A stretch of 64,000 nt of DNA, taken from Histomonas meleagridis 2922-C6/04-290x. Taxonomy: Eukaryota > Protista > Parabasalia. The stretch spans positions 62,001 to 126,000 of the forward strand of contig JAANOX010000069.1 in the NCBI GenBank assembly GCA_020184695.1. Reading direction: 5' to 3'. Every line of letters begins with the position of its first letter. Within the stretch, counting starts at the first letter, position 1. Below, piece by piece: positions 21,307 through 32,636 of the stretch. The notes under the pieces were generated by a model. The model did no database searches. It saw only the letters and a program-made list of their open reading frames with translations, and had not been told where the DNA came from. Both the position numbers and the translations under genes were made by a program.

Positions 21307-24300
21307 CTAAGCTATACCAAAAGTATTACATTCCGAAATTGCCATTAACAACTTACTTTCCAATTCTTTTTCATTCTTATACATTGGCAAATCCAACGTA
21401 TTCATACAAGTATGAGCCTGAGGTAATCTTGATCTATCGCCCACAGCAGTTATTATGATTGGATGACTTGATTCCTTTAACGTTTTGAACCCCCCTATTG
21501 GCACTTGGGATGACCCCGTTATAAACATCAATAAACTTGCCAATTGTTCGTTACTCCATCCATGGAGCACCCTGAACAACATTTCAATGGTTGGGTGGTT
21601 AATTGAATACGGCGGTTGGAAGTCACAATTGACTCTTAAATCTTCAACGTCAATTTTGGGTATACCGCAAATCATTAAGTCCAATTCGTTTGGTGAGAAC
21701 ATTCTAATTTCTTCATGTGGTATCAATGAATAAAACCCTTCTTTAAACGCGTCTATTTGTTGTTTAATTTGATTCTTTAATTTATGTTCCACCTTTAACT
21801 TAATGAATTCTTTTTTGTTTTCATCAGTTACTTTAATATTTCGTCCATTTTCAATCAGTTCCACTGTTGTATGTTGACCGAAGTTATCGACGTCAGTTGT
21901 GAAATCCATTTCGAGTGAGTCTACTGGATTATCTTTCATCCAACTTAAAGATTTATATAATTCCGGATCAGCATCTTCTAAATCGCCAATTGATAAATCG
22001 CAAACCAAAATTTGCTTTAAGAAAGGAATCGATAAATGTGCGTCAACGCAAATCGATTCTATTAATGCTCTCGCGATCATTTGCCCAGCGAATATTAAAT
22101 AGTCAATATGATCTTCATTAATACTTGAGTTCGGATTCGGTTGGAAACTTCTTCCATCAGAAGATGAGATAAACAATGCATAGTTTTGATTAAATAACTC
22201 GCGGACTAATGACGTGAACCAATCTTTACGAAGTCCTCCTGCATCAATACCATTTTCGCCGGAATAAAATATCTTAAAGTTACATAACATTTTATCTTTG
22301 TTATTACGATTATATAACGCTCGAAATGAATCCCTTAATATATATTCTCGACGAACTTGTATTGGTTGCGTTGTATGTGATATCTTTTGCTTTTGACATT
22401 TACGGAAATATTTCGATTTCTGTGTAAATGTTAAAAGTTGAGGATAACCAGTGATGAAATTAAAGATGGAATGTAATAAGTTAATATTAACATCAAGAAA
22501 TGTTTTGATCTTTTCAATGTTATGTTCAATGATTTCCCAAAATGCTGGAAATCGATTAATAATAGATCGAGGTATAGGTAAAAGAGAACTATAATCCATT
22601 TGTGTATCTGATTGAGAATCAATCATTCGAATGTTTTCATCTTTCGATTTCTCAGGGTTTAATATATTTAATAATATTCCTAAAATTTCAGGTAATATTA
22701 CATGATTACCTTGGATATTATTTTCTGGTGATATTTTATCAAAAATCGTTTCTAAACAATTTAATAATATCGGATAATATTTAGTTTGAGTTTTAATTAA
22801 AGTAGGAAAAGACTTTAAAAATGATTTAAATGGTTCATAACTTGTTAAATTATGATGTGATATAATTTCATCGAATATATAAAACAAAATATCTTTAATC
22901 GATTCGATTTGATCTTCAGGTAATTTAGATGCTAACATTATTCCATTAGTTACCCACATATTATTAGAATGATTTAATAATAAGAATGAAATAAATTGTA
23001 ATAAGTTTTTAGTATCTTTAATTCGTGATAATAATACAGAAATAGTTCGAAATGAATGAACTCTTAATCGAATAATTGGTGAGCCAATTAATTTAATTAT
23101 ATCATTCGATAAATGTTGATTATAAAACTCATTAAAGTTTGGGTGATTTGATAAATCTTTAATTAGACGTATTAATATACGTAAAGAATCAAAATTATTT
23201 ATATTATCAATATTATCTTTTATTTGTAACATTATATTTTCAAATGAAGTTTTATTAATTAATGAATATTCACATATAAGTTTAGAACAATCAGATACAA
23301 AAACAGAATTAATGATTGGGTTATGTATGAAATTAATTAAAAAGTTTTCATTAATTAAATTTTCTTTTAATTTATCAGGTGTAAATTCATCGATTTGATC
23401 TTTTAATGTATTTAAATGTTTTAATATATCATATAAAATACAATAATGAATTGGTAATAATAAATAATCCGTTTTACTAATTAAATATATTAATACCCAA
23501 TTCGGTTGATTAACTAAATAACGAAACATTAAAGGATTTAATTGTGGTATTTCAGGAAGTGAATTTAATAATACTATTGATTGATATCTAATTGGTAAAT
23601 GTAATAACGATTCTTTATTTATTGTACTTAAATCTTCAGGAATTTCAAAATCATTTAAATCATTCATTTCTAAATAAATATTATTACAAATTTGACTATA
23701 AAATTCATTTGAATAATAATCATTAAATCCTAACATGATTTTATTATTAGAAATATAATAATTATCTTTAATAAAATCAATGACAAAATCTTTTTTATCA
23801 TCTTCTAAAAACGACTTAAAATAATTTTTTATTGATTCGTAAATTTCATTTTCTTCGGATAACATATAAAATTTATTCGTATAAGTAATTTCAAATGGAT
23901 TTTCATATTTAATTAATTCATCAATTGTTGACGCCATTTCATTTTTTAATTTCTTTATATAATTTAAAAAGATATTTATAGTTATTCGTATCATTAATTT
24001 ATAAGTTTGAACATAAAAAATATTATCGGAACAAATTTTATTCGAAAAATCCGAAAATTTCATTAACCAATTAAACTTTAACATTAATGATATTAATATA
24101 TGTTGTGTTGTAGGTATTGTTAAAAAAGTATATAATATTAATAAGAATACACTTGTTTGTTCGAAATTTAATGAATCAAATTTATCAAAATATTCATTAT
24201 AAAAATAATCACTAATTATTGGATTTAATAATAAACGACTTAATAATAAAATAGCGGAAACTTTTGTTTTAATTATATTTTCATCATCATCACAAAAGTT

Positions 24301-27243
24301 TTCATCGGAAATAAAAGAATTAAAAATTGAAGTTATTAAACTTTTATAATCATTATTAAGAAATATAAATATATATTCTTTAGATATTTCATATAATAAT
24401 GAAAATGATTTCCAATTTGGTTGATTAATAGTTTCATTAATTAAAACATTAAAAAATTGTGTTGCAATTTCCGATATTTCTTCTAATGGTTCAGGATTAG
24501 GTTTAGATAATAATAATCCATTAATACCATTATCTAAATATGTATAAAATTTCTTTTTTATAGCTTTACATATATATGGAATTTCATCTTTATTATTTTT
24601 ATTATATAATTTTAAACATTGATCTAAAGAAATCGCAAAAGAATTTTGTGTTTTATCTAAAATACATGTATAACGATTTATTAATAAGTTTTTATCATTA
24701 ATATAATTAATTATTAAGTCAAATAAACTTGAAATTTGTTGGAAATGATTTGCTTGATTTAATAAATTCATAAAAATTTCATTTGTTAAAATTTCTTGAC
24801 ATTTATCATAATTTTTTATGATTAAATTTAATAAATCAAATTGTATATTCGTTGGAATATTTTCGATATTTAATAATTTAACAATATGATTAACATAATT
24901 ATGTTTTATTGAATATTTTGATATTAATTCTATGTTTTTAATGTTTTGTTCATTAATTTGTGTTTCTAATAAATTCTCAATTAAATTTTCATTAATTATA
25001 AAATTGGTTTCATTATTAGTAGCAAATAAAAAGTTTATTAATTTCATATCAATTTGTTCTTTATTAATATTTTTTTGAATAATTTGATTTATTAAATTCT
25101 TATCGAAATAATTTATATTAAATCTCTTTATTCCTAAATCATAAAATAAGTTTAAAATCGAATTTTCATTATTTTTAATTAATGTAACAAAATTATTTCG
25201 AGAGAATTCTCTATTAAACCTTTCATTCATTAAAGTTTTATTAGCTATAAGTTCAATTAACCATTTTGTATAAGGTTTTTGTTGATTATTATACCAAAAA
25301 CTATCATTAAAAATAGAATTATTTAATATATCATTAATTAATTTAGAATAAATTGAATTTTCTGATTTACAAAACTTTGTTAAATACATAAAAAATTTCG
25401 AAACTAATATATCAAATGTTTCTGATTCTAAAGGTTTCGATAAAGCATCAAAAATATTATTCATAAATTGTTGAATTTGTAATGGATTCACTGATAAATA
25501 TAATGAAAAAATACCTAATAATATATCAATTAAAAAAAATAAATTTAATAAATCGATTCCAAATACTTTTGGTATTTCAAATCCATTAATAGAATTAGCA
25601 GCTAAATAATAAGCAATTGAAATAATAGATAAAGTTTCCGTCAAAAGATCATTTAAATCATCAACGATATTATCTTTAGTTAAATCTTTTTGTATAAAAT
25701 TAAATAATTCAGAACGTGATTTATCATTTTGTTTCATTATAGTTAATCGTTTACATTTTAAATCTTTTGGTTTAGAACATGTTAAATTTGATACTGATAA
25801 AGATATTAAACCAATTATTTTCTCACGGACATTTCGTTGTTTAATTCCTTTATAATATTTTAAGAATGGATCAGCTCTATTAAAACAAGAATAAAACTTT
25901 AATGGATAAATTTTGTCGACTTTTTTAAAGATATCATCATATGTTGATATATTATAATTAATACTTTCGATATTATAATGAATATAATCAAAGAAATTAT
26001 TGTTCATATTTTTCGGAAATTCATATGTTAATATTTCACTTATAAATTTATTATTATAAAATGGAAATGGAATTTTATCTTTAGAACAGATTTCAATTGC
26101 ATTACACCAAAATGTTATTTGGAATTTTATCATTCCGGTTAAGATTAATTCAGAGTTATTATCAGAAAAGAATATATTTTCATATACTTCTTCATTTTGT
26201 GATTCAATTGCTATTTCTTCAATGACATCTTCTTTAAATAATTTAAGTGGATTCTTACTTAAAATTACAAAAGATGATTTATCATAATTAGGAAACTTAT
26301 CAATAATTTGCTTTAAAAGTTCAGTATTTAATTTAAAATGATGTTCTTTAAGATAATTTAAGATTTCTTCAGTATAATCTTCTGGTTGAAGTAATCGTAA
26401 ATTACGTGAAAGAAATTCTTTGAATTCAGAATGATAAAAATTACATTTAATACATAAATTTAAAAAATCTTTTAACTTTTCATGATCGCCATAATGTTCA
26501 ATAACTGATAGAATCCATTGATAATTCGTAGGTAATTCTTCTTCTGGAAAATTGCGAATTATCGATGTTATTGCTTCATCAGATGTAAAATAGTAATAAA
26601 TGTTCTTCAAATATTTATATGGTAAAATATTAATTTGTCCCATTAAAATTAAATGTTCAACTAAATCCCCATTAAAAACTTTGTCGCCATGCTCAAGAAT
26701 AAGTGGTATAAACTCAGAAAATTGTCCTTGTTGATCATTGGTGAGTAAAATTAAATTATTCAAAAGTTGAAATAATTGGAATTTGGTATATGTAAGATTG
26801 CCAACATTATATAATAGATCATCGTTTTCAATCGCAGACTTAATTAGAACAAGTTCATCGTATAATTCTTTGAGATATAAATCAACATCAAACGAAAAAG
26901 TTATTGGCTTTTTTAACGTTAGATTTTTGAGAAGAACATCTGTCGTAAATGTGTTGCCGCTGGCTGATTCTTTAATTTGATTAAAAGATTCATTTATTAC
27001 TCTTGATACTCTTTTTGGACTAAATAGAAAACATTGTAAAAGAAAATATCGAATTTCCTCTTCAATACAATGCTCATGATTTTGACTTAGATATTGAGAA
27101 ATTTGCTTGAAAGCTGGTAATATATCTGGAAATAATATTTCTTTGTTATGGAGAAGTTCAATTGATCCTTGTCTTAATTTGTAAAGGAAATCGGTGTCTT
27201 CAAGTGTAGACTGCATAAGTTGAGATATTGCACCATTTTCCAT
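21307..27243 (-). CDS. HECT-domain E3 ubiquitin ligase (~1980 aa)
   Basis: C-terminal HECT motifs GIDAGGLRKDWF, FITGSSQVPIGGF and LPQAHTC (catalytic Cys). The likely start is ATG 27243 (MENG); the ORF track begins at 27348. Confidence 0.92.
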   Translation of the reverse strand: MENGAISQLMQSTLEDTDFLYKLRQGSIELLHNKEILFPDILPAFKQISQYLSQNHEHCIEEEIRYFLLQCFLFSPKRVSRVINESFNQIKESASGNTFTTDVLLKNLTLKKPITFSFDVDLYLKELYDELVLIKSAIENDDLLYNVGNLTYTKFQLFQLLNNLILLTNDQQGQFSEFIPLILEHGDKVFNGDLVEHLILMGQINILPYKYLKNIYYYFTSDEAITSIIRNFPEEELPTNYQWILSVIEHYGDHEKLKDFLNLCIKCNFYHSEFKEFLSRNLRLLQPEDYTEEILNYLKEHHFKLNTELLKQIIDKFPNYDKSSFVILSKNPLKLFKEDVIEEIAIESQNEEVYENIFFSDNNSELILTGMIKFQITFWCNAIEICSKDKIPFPFYNNKFISEILTYEFPKNMNNNFFDYIHYNIESINYNISTYDDIFKKVDKIYPLKFYSCFNRADPFLKYYKGIKQRNVREKIIGLISLSVSNLTCSKPKDLKCKRLTIMKQNDKSRSELFNFIQKDLTKDNIVDDLNDLLTETLSIISIAYYLAANSINGFEIPKVFGIDLLNLFFLIDILLGIFSLYLSVNPLQIQQFMNNIFDALSKPLESETFDILVSKFFMYLTKFCKSENSIYSKLINDILNNSIFNDSFWYNNQQKPYTKWLIELIANKTLMNERFNREFSRNNFVTLIKNNENSILNLFYDLGIKRFNINYFDKNLINQIIQKNINKEQIDMKLINFLFATNNETNFIINENLIENLLETQINEQNIKNIELISKYSIKHNYVNHIVKLLNIENIPTNIQFDLLNLIIKNYDKCQEILTNEIFMNLLNQANHFQQISSLFDLIINYINDKNLLINRYTCILDKTQNSFAISLDQCLKLYNKNNKDEIPYICKAIKKKFYTYLDNGINGLLLSKPNPEPLEEISEIATQFFNVLINETINQPNWKSFSLLYEISKEYIFIFLNNDYKSLITSIFNSFISDENFCDDDENIIKTKVSAILLLSRLLLNPIISDYFYNEYFDKFDSLNFEQTSVFLLILYTFLTIPTTQHILISLMLKFNWLMKFSDFSNKICSDNIFYVQTYKLMIRITINIFLNYIKKLKNEMASTIDELIKYENPFEITYTNKFYMLSEENEIYESIKNYFKSFLEDDKKDFVIDFIKDNYYISNNKIMLGFNDYYSNEFYSQICNNIYLEMNDLNDFEIPEDLSTINKESLLHLPIRYQSIVLLNSLPEIPQLNPLMFRYLVNQPNWVLIYLISKTDYLLLPIHYCILYDILKHLNTLKDQIDEFTPDKLKENLINENFLINFIHNPIINSVFVSDCSKLICEYSLINKTSFENIMLQIKDNIDNINNFDSLRILIRLIKDLSNHPNFNEFYNQHLSNDIIKLIGSPIIRLRVHSFRTISVLLSRIKDTKNLLQFISFLLLNHSNNMWVTNGIMLASKLPEDQIESIKDILFYIFDEIISHHNLTSYEPFKSFLKSFPTLIKTQTKYYPILLNCLETIFDKISPENNIQGNHVILPEILGILLNILNPEKSKDENIRMIDSQSDTQMDYSSLLPIPRSIINRFPAFWEIIEHNIEKIKTFLDVNINLLHSIFNFITGYPQLLTFTQKSKYFRKCQKQKISHTTQPIQVRREYILRDSFRALYNRNNKDKMLCNFKIFYSGENGIDAGGLRKDWFTSLVRELFNQNYALFISSSDGRSFQPNPNSSINEDHIDYLIFAGQMIARALIESICVDAHLSIPFLKQILVCDLSIGDLEDADPELYKSLSWMKDNPVDSLEMDFTTDVDNFGQHTTVELIENGRNIKVTDENKKEFIKLKVEHKLKNQIKQQIDAFKEGFYSLIPHEEIRMFSPNELDLMICGIPKIDVEDLRVNCDFQPPYSINHPTIEMLFRVLHGWSNEQLASLLMFITGSSQVPIGGFKTLKESSHPIIITAVGDRSRLPQAHTCMNTLDLPMYKNEKELESKLLMAISECNTFGIA

Positions 27244-29257
27244 TCTCTTTTTACTTGCTCTAAATAAAATTTGGAAATTTTGGTTATTTGTCACTTTTTG
27301 GACTTTAGAACAATTTGAAGCATTAAAACCTTTAAAGAAAAATATCAATAAAAACTGAACGCGAATGTATCCAAAAACATATCAATATAATTATTATTTC
27401 AGGAAAAAAATTGTAGAGATATCAATTAAATTTATTAGATAAGAAATCAGGAAAATCTTCCTTTATTTTATAATTATAAAAAGAAACGACAATGTAAGTA
27501 TGTTAAAAGAAAAAGGAAATTCGCGTAAATTTATACAAATTAAAATTGATGAAAATGTTATATCAAATCAAAATATTAATTACTTAACTGAAGCAAGGTA
27601 ATGCCTTTGGAATATAAATAATCGCTGTTCCATGCGTTTATAAAAATTCATGCTTCTCTGATCATTTAATGCAAACACTAATTCTTTTTTCACAAACAAT
27701 GAAATATTCAATAAAAGTATAAACTATCACTGTAAATTCATGAATGGAAAACATTTTTGTTCGAGAAGATCTTTCTTCTTAATTAAAATCATTCATCACT
27801 TAGTGTTAAGTGCTCTTATTTAATTGATATTTAAAAATTGATTCCAATGAAAGCATACGTAAATGAATGATTCATTTCTTGTTGAAGAAAACATGTAAAT
27901 AATCTGTATCATTAAACAAATAAATCCTTCTGCAATAAGAAATTGATTTCATGCATTCTATCATTAAGTATTTATTATATCTATATTTATAGTTCGTACT
28001 AATGTAAGCCAATTTAAGCGCATCTAAGTTATAATTGTTTATCATCCACATTTGATTCTCAATGCAACATTGCGTTGAATGCTGGAAGAGAGAAATTTTT
28101 GAAATAACACATTGAAGTAAAGAAAAGAAATTTTTGGAAGATAACTTGAAAGGAAGTTAATGAAAACTTTCTGCTAGTATTAATTCTAATCATTTTTTGT
28201 TTGAGTGTTTGTTATTATTTGAGTTTGAAATTTTCTTTATGAATCCAACGTATTATATTGTATAGATAATATTCTAAGAATGTGGACTTTATAAGAACTT
28301 GAAACATATATATAAAACATATTCATGATTTATTCATGTCATAAAATGTTTAAAGCAGTAATTCCATTAACAAATATTATTTTTGGACGTGTTTTGTGTT
28401 TGTTGTGAAATATTATAAAAATAAATTGAAAATTAAAAAAATATGCCCAAAACAAATTGATATTTTTGGGCTCATGAATTGGAAATTAAGAAATTTGCAG
28501 ATGTAATGTCTGATATGTTGATTTATAATACTTAAATTGTTGAAGATTGAAATATATTGTTCATGATGAAATTTCTAAGGTATTAAGTGCCTGGCAAGTT
28601 GTTTTCTGGTGTTATTAGTCAAGATAAACCCAAAGAAAGCATATTATTTCTTCAAAGTTTCAAATTTGTTTTATATCATTCAAATTTCCTAAAATTCCAT
28701 CAATCTGACTTTTTCTGGGGAGTATCCCAGAATTATTCTTCGAAATGTATTGAAATTTAACCATAATCCCAATTTCAAAGGTGCTTTTGAATAAACACAT
28801 TGAACGCTAAAATCCGATAAATATTCTTGACTAATTTTGGGGGAAACAAAAGCAAAAGACTCTAAGATTACGAGATATAATTTGGACAATAAACCGTATC
28901 ATCCAAGTTTAAAAAAATGATACAATATATTTCGATGAAAATGAAATAAAATTATTTTAAAAATATCCGAAATTCATTCAAAAATTAAGTTCACTTCATA
29001 TCGTCGAAAACAACAACTGCGTTCCGGACCTTTCCTTTCAATCCTGGTCCGATTCCATTGAAATATTTCTAATATTATTGGCGGTTAAAATTTTTTATTT
29101 CTGAAAATTGTGTGGCTATTCAATTTTAATCTTCAATTGAAGAAAATTTCCATCACTGTTCTTTCAAACACTGGAACAACTTTCTACAAATCCACCGTTT
29201 TCTTAAAAAACTCAAGGAAATACAACAAAACAAATTTATGCGAAAAAAACAAAATAT

Positions 29258-29833
29258 TTATTCCTCTGGCAATGCTTTTTTCCAATCATTTCTTTGATCA
29301 GAATTCTCTTGCTTTTCAATCTCCCGTATATTTGAATCAGTTTTATATCTTATATTTTCATATTCATCATTTTGCCATATTATTGGAAGTGGCTCAGATG
29401 ATATATCATTTGAAGTTGCAATGTTACTACTTTCTTGAAACAAAAATTGATATGAATCCGAATCTGAATATGATGAGATAGAGTCGGCTTTTTCCATTTC
29501 TTTCACCGAGTCGATTTTGTCTGTTTGCATATCTAAAACGCGAGCTATTTCTCGAGCAATAGATTGATTTTCTTTTGTAAATAAATCGACAAATCTATCG
29601 ATTTTGCTTACTATTTTGCATTCAATAATATCCCCATTTTTAATGCCTTGACGCGCCAAAGTTTCGTAAGGATCAAGAACACATCCATTATGAAATAAAA
29701 ATACTTTTTCATGGTCAAAACATGAGAATTGAAGTAAATTGGAAAGCTCTTCTGCTGTTGATGATCTGTGCGTTACAACTGGGAGAATTGCCCCAGGAAG
29801 CCATTGAATATTGACCTTCATTTCATCGTCCAT
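29258..29833 (-). CDS. Ubiquitin-like domain protein
   Basis: N-terminal UBL pattern (VFLFHNGCVLDPYETLARQGIKNGDIIEC) followed by an acidic tail. Confidence 0.65.
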   Translation of the reverse strand: MDDEMKVNIQWLPGAILPVVTHRSSTAEELSNLLQFSCFDHEKVFLFHNGCVLDPYETLARQGIKNGDIIECKIVSKIDRFVDLFTKENQSIAREIARVLDMQTDKIDSVKEMEKADSISSYSDSDSYQFLFQESSNIATSNDISSEPLPIIWQNDEYENIRYKTDSNIREIEKQENSDQRNDWKKALPEE

Positions 29834-30874
29834 TTGGTTTTCTGGGGAAAGCCTGATTCTGGATGTAATCCTTCAAAAAGTATCAACCCAAAAATTTGGA
29901 TGGCGGTTCATTTCAAATTTTCTGTCTAAAAGAACGTTGAAAGAAAGAAATTTTCACACGATGTAAATCTGGGCTGAATTTTTTGAATGGGCCAATATCA
30001 TGACAGAGGTTTGATATTATCGTACGAGAATATGGAACAATGAAGGTACTGTTTGGAAATATGGAAGACCATTTTTTGTAATATCATGTGGGGTTTCTGC
30101 AAAAGCGCAAAAAAAGGAAACAATTGAATGGTTGTAAAACAACATTTTGATAGAAATAAACCGTTGTCATAAAATCAACATTTATGAAGTGGGAAATTCT
30201 TGTGTGTTCCAGGATCATATAAAACGCAATTATTATTGTTTTCATGTTTAAAAAAGCACTACCCCAATATCCCGTTTTTACTTGAGTATTAATCATTTTT
30301 GGTAATTTCAAATGAGGAGTGATTGTACAATTTTGTCAAAATTATTATAAAAAAAAATTAAAATTAAATTCCTTTCTTTTAACCATCGATACTATATCAG
30401 TGACACCTTGTATTACTACACTTCTATTAGCCATGATGAATATCAAAAATTTATATATATAAAAATATATACACAAGAAAAATCTAGAGAAATATGAAAA
30501 CTTTTATTTCCAAAGTATTGCAAAATTACTTGTAACATCTAGTTTAATGAAATAATATGTGGAAGATACAGGAACATTTGTAAAGAATGCACTCATTTAA
30601 ACCTGACAGAAATAATATAAAATTACATTTAAAACATAATTATCAGAATCTTGATCTCTAAAGTCAGTCTATATAATATAACAGTTATAACACACGCGCA
30701 AAAATAAAAAACACTAATTGGAAGTAATGAACGCATGGAAACAAAAATACAGATACACAACCTTTTCATTAAACATCTTAAAGATCATTAATTTTTATTC
30801 TGTTTTAGTTTTGTTGACTGCAACATTAAAAATAAAATTTTCCTTTTCGTTAAATTCATTTAATCATTAATTCT

Positions 30875-32203
30875 TTAGTCATATTGATATAACTTTAAGT
30901 TGGACAAAGGGATTGTTCCCTTCTTGTTATAAGGGTTTTGACACAAAATTTCGTTTTGTGACTGAAGTAGCGACATGACCACTTCACCTGCCACAACCGC
31001 CATCCCCGGTGACCTCCCTGGCGGGTTGTAGTCAGCGACGACCCGATACAGCTTATGGTCGAATTCGCTTAATCTCGACAAGTTTTGCTTCCTAACAGTG
31101 CCAATTTTACTTTCTTTCTCAGTAATAACTTTACAAAATTCTCCATTTTCACTCATGACAGTAACTTGTTCACCGACAGCGATTTCTAGGTCACATTCGA
31201 AGTCTCGTGTACATTCGGTTTTAACTTCAGCTACATATTGATGTAACTTATCAGAATATATTTGTTCTGGTGGTACATACTCAGAGATAACAAAAGGAAG
31301 TTTCTTGGCTTCAAATATTACTGTAGATGGTACAACTTCAACATCAGATGGTTTGTAATACTTATCAATATCTTCTTCAACACTAATCTTTTCGACAGTT
31401 TCTCGTAAATTTGTAAATATCTGTTGCTTAGTTTCAGTGTAATTTGTGATCGGAGTTGTGAAATCTGTGAATAATTTGCGGATTCCTTCTTCGCGTTGTA
31501 TTTCGGCTTCTTCAAACACTGTCAGAGCTGACTCAAGCGATTTTGTATAACTGAGTTTCGCATAATTATATTTTTCTAGCGCATTTACGGCTTCATCTTG
31601 AAGCTTATTAAATGTGGATTTCAAATCATTAAGTGATTGTTGGTATTTGAGGATTTGATCGCGTGGTTTGCCGGCTGCTGCGTCGGAGTCCATGCGTTGT
31701 TTAATATCATTAATGTTTTCGGATAATTGTTGATATGCATTATATGATTGATGATACAATGTGCGTGTAGATTCAAGATCTTTGGAAGCAATAGCTGAAT
31801 ATTTCTCCATGGTACCCGTTTTGGTGGAATAGATACGAGAAAGATTTAAAAATTGATTAATGAGTGGTTTCTTAAGAGCATCATTAAGAGCGCGAAGAGA
31901 TGCTTGTTGGCATATGATTTGATTACATAAAATGTTCCATGCTTTAGAAAGATTAGGTTCAATATCTTTCATTTTGATTAAATCTTTGTCTTTCTTGAAT
32001 TGAAACTTACGATCAAAGAGAGGTTTACGGTCACGCTTAACAGGAATCTCAAGTTTTTTCTTAGATAAAGAATCAAGCATATGGTTAATATTGCCATGAA
32101 ATGCATCTAGCTTCTTAACAACAGCATCCATGAGAGCAATATTTATTTCTGTAGCCTTTTTTAGAATAACAAAAGATTCCTCATATGTGAGACACTTCGT
32201 CAT
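30875..32203 (-). CDS. F-BAR/coiled-coil protein with degenerate C-terminal SH3 domains
   Basis: Long helical region ending FEEAEIQREEGIRKLF, then SH3-like segments DLEIAVGEQVTV...GTVRKQNL and VVADYNP...GTIPLSNL. Confidence 0.65.
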   Translation of the reverse strand: MTKCLTYEESFVILKKATEINIALMDAVVKKLDAFHGNINHMLDSLSKKKLEIPVKRDRKPLFDRKFQFKKDKDLIKMKDIEPNLSKAWNILCNQIICQQASLRALNDALKKPLINQFLNLSRIYSTKTGTMEKYSAIASKDLESTRTLYHQSYNAYQQLSENINDIKQRMDSDAAAGKPRDQILKYQQSLNDLKSTFNKLQDEAVNALEKYNYAKLSYTKSLESALTVFEEAEIQREEGIRKLFTDFTTPITNYTETKQQIFTNLRETVEKISVEEDIDKYYKPSDVEVVPSTVIFEAKKLPFVISEYVPPEQIYSDKLHQYVAEVKTECTRDFECDLEIAVGEQVTVMSENGEFCKVITEKESKIGTVRKQNLSRLSEFDHKLYRVVADYNPPGRSPGMAVVAGEVVMSLLQSQNEILCQNPYNKKGTIPLSNLKLYQYD

Positions 32204-32636
32204 TTAGAAACTTTCGCCACTTTTCGGCTGCTACACAGATACGCCAATGAAAAAGTGGTGTAAACCTTTTTACACGAGACATAAATCGTTGAACGCGGCA
32301 TTACACTTTTTGACAATTTTTACAGCTTTATCGGTTCAAATTGAATAAGTTCACAAAAAAACCAACTGACCGTTCATGCAATTGAACTGATTGAAATGAT
32401 TTCTCCCGAATCGTCTTGCTAACAATCGAAAGCGCAAACATATAGGATATGTCTTCAACGAATCCATAACAGTTAGCTCACATTCTGCTAATTCTTCGCA
32501 TTGTTTCTTAATGATATCATTAAGTTTCTCCAACGATAGAATCGAATGAATTAAAAATCATCGGATTTATATTCAAAAACTGAAGTGCTTTAAAAAAAAT
32601 ATTTATCCAAATTTACAAAAAACACAAAATATTTAC

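Noticed and set aside
28380-28900. Possible decayed LRR gene on the minus strand
   Set aside because: Only scattered NNLPGT/NNSGILP-like fragments among many stops; too weak to call.
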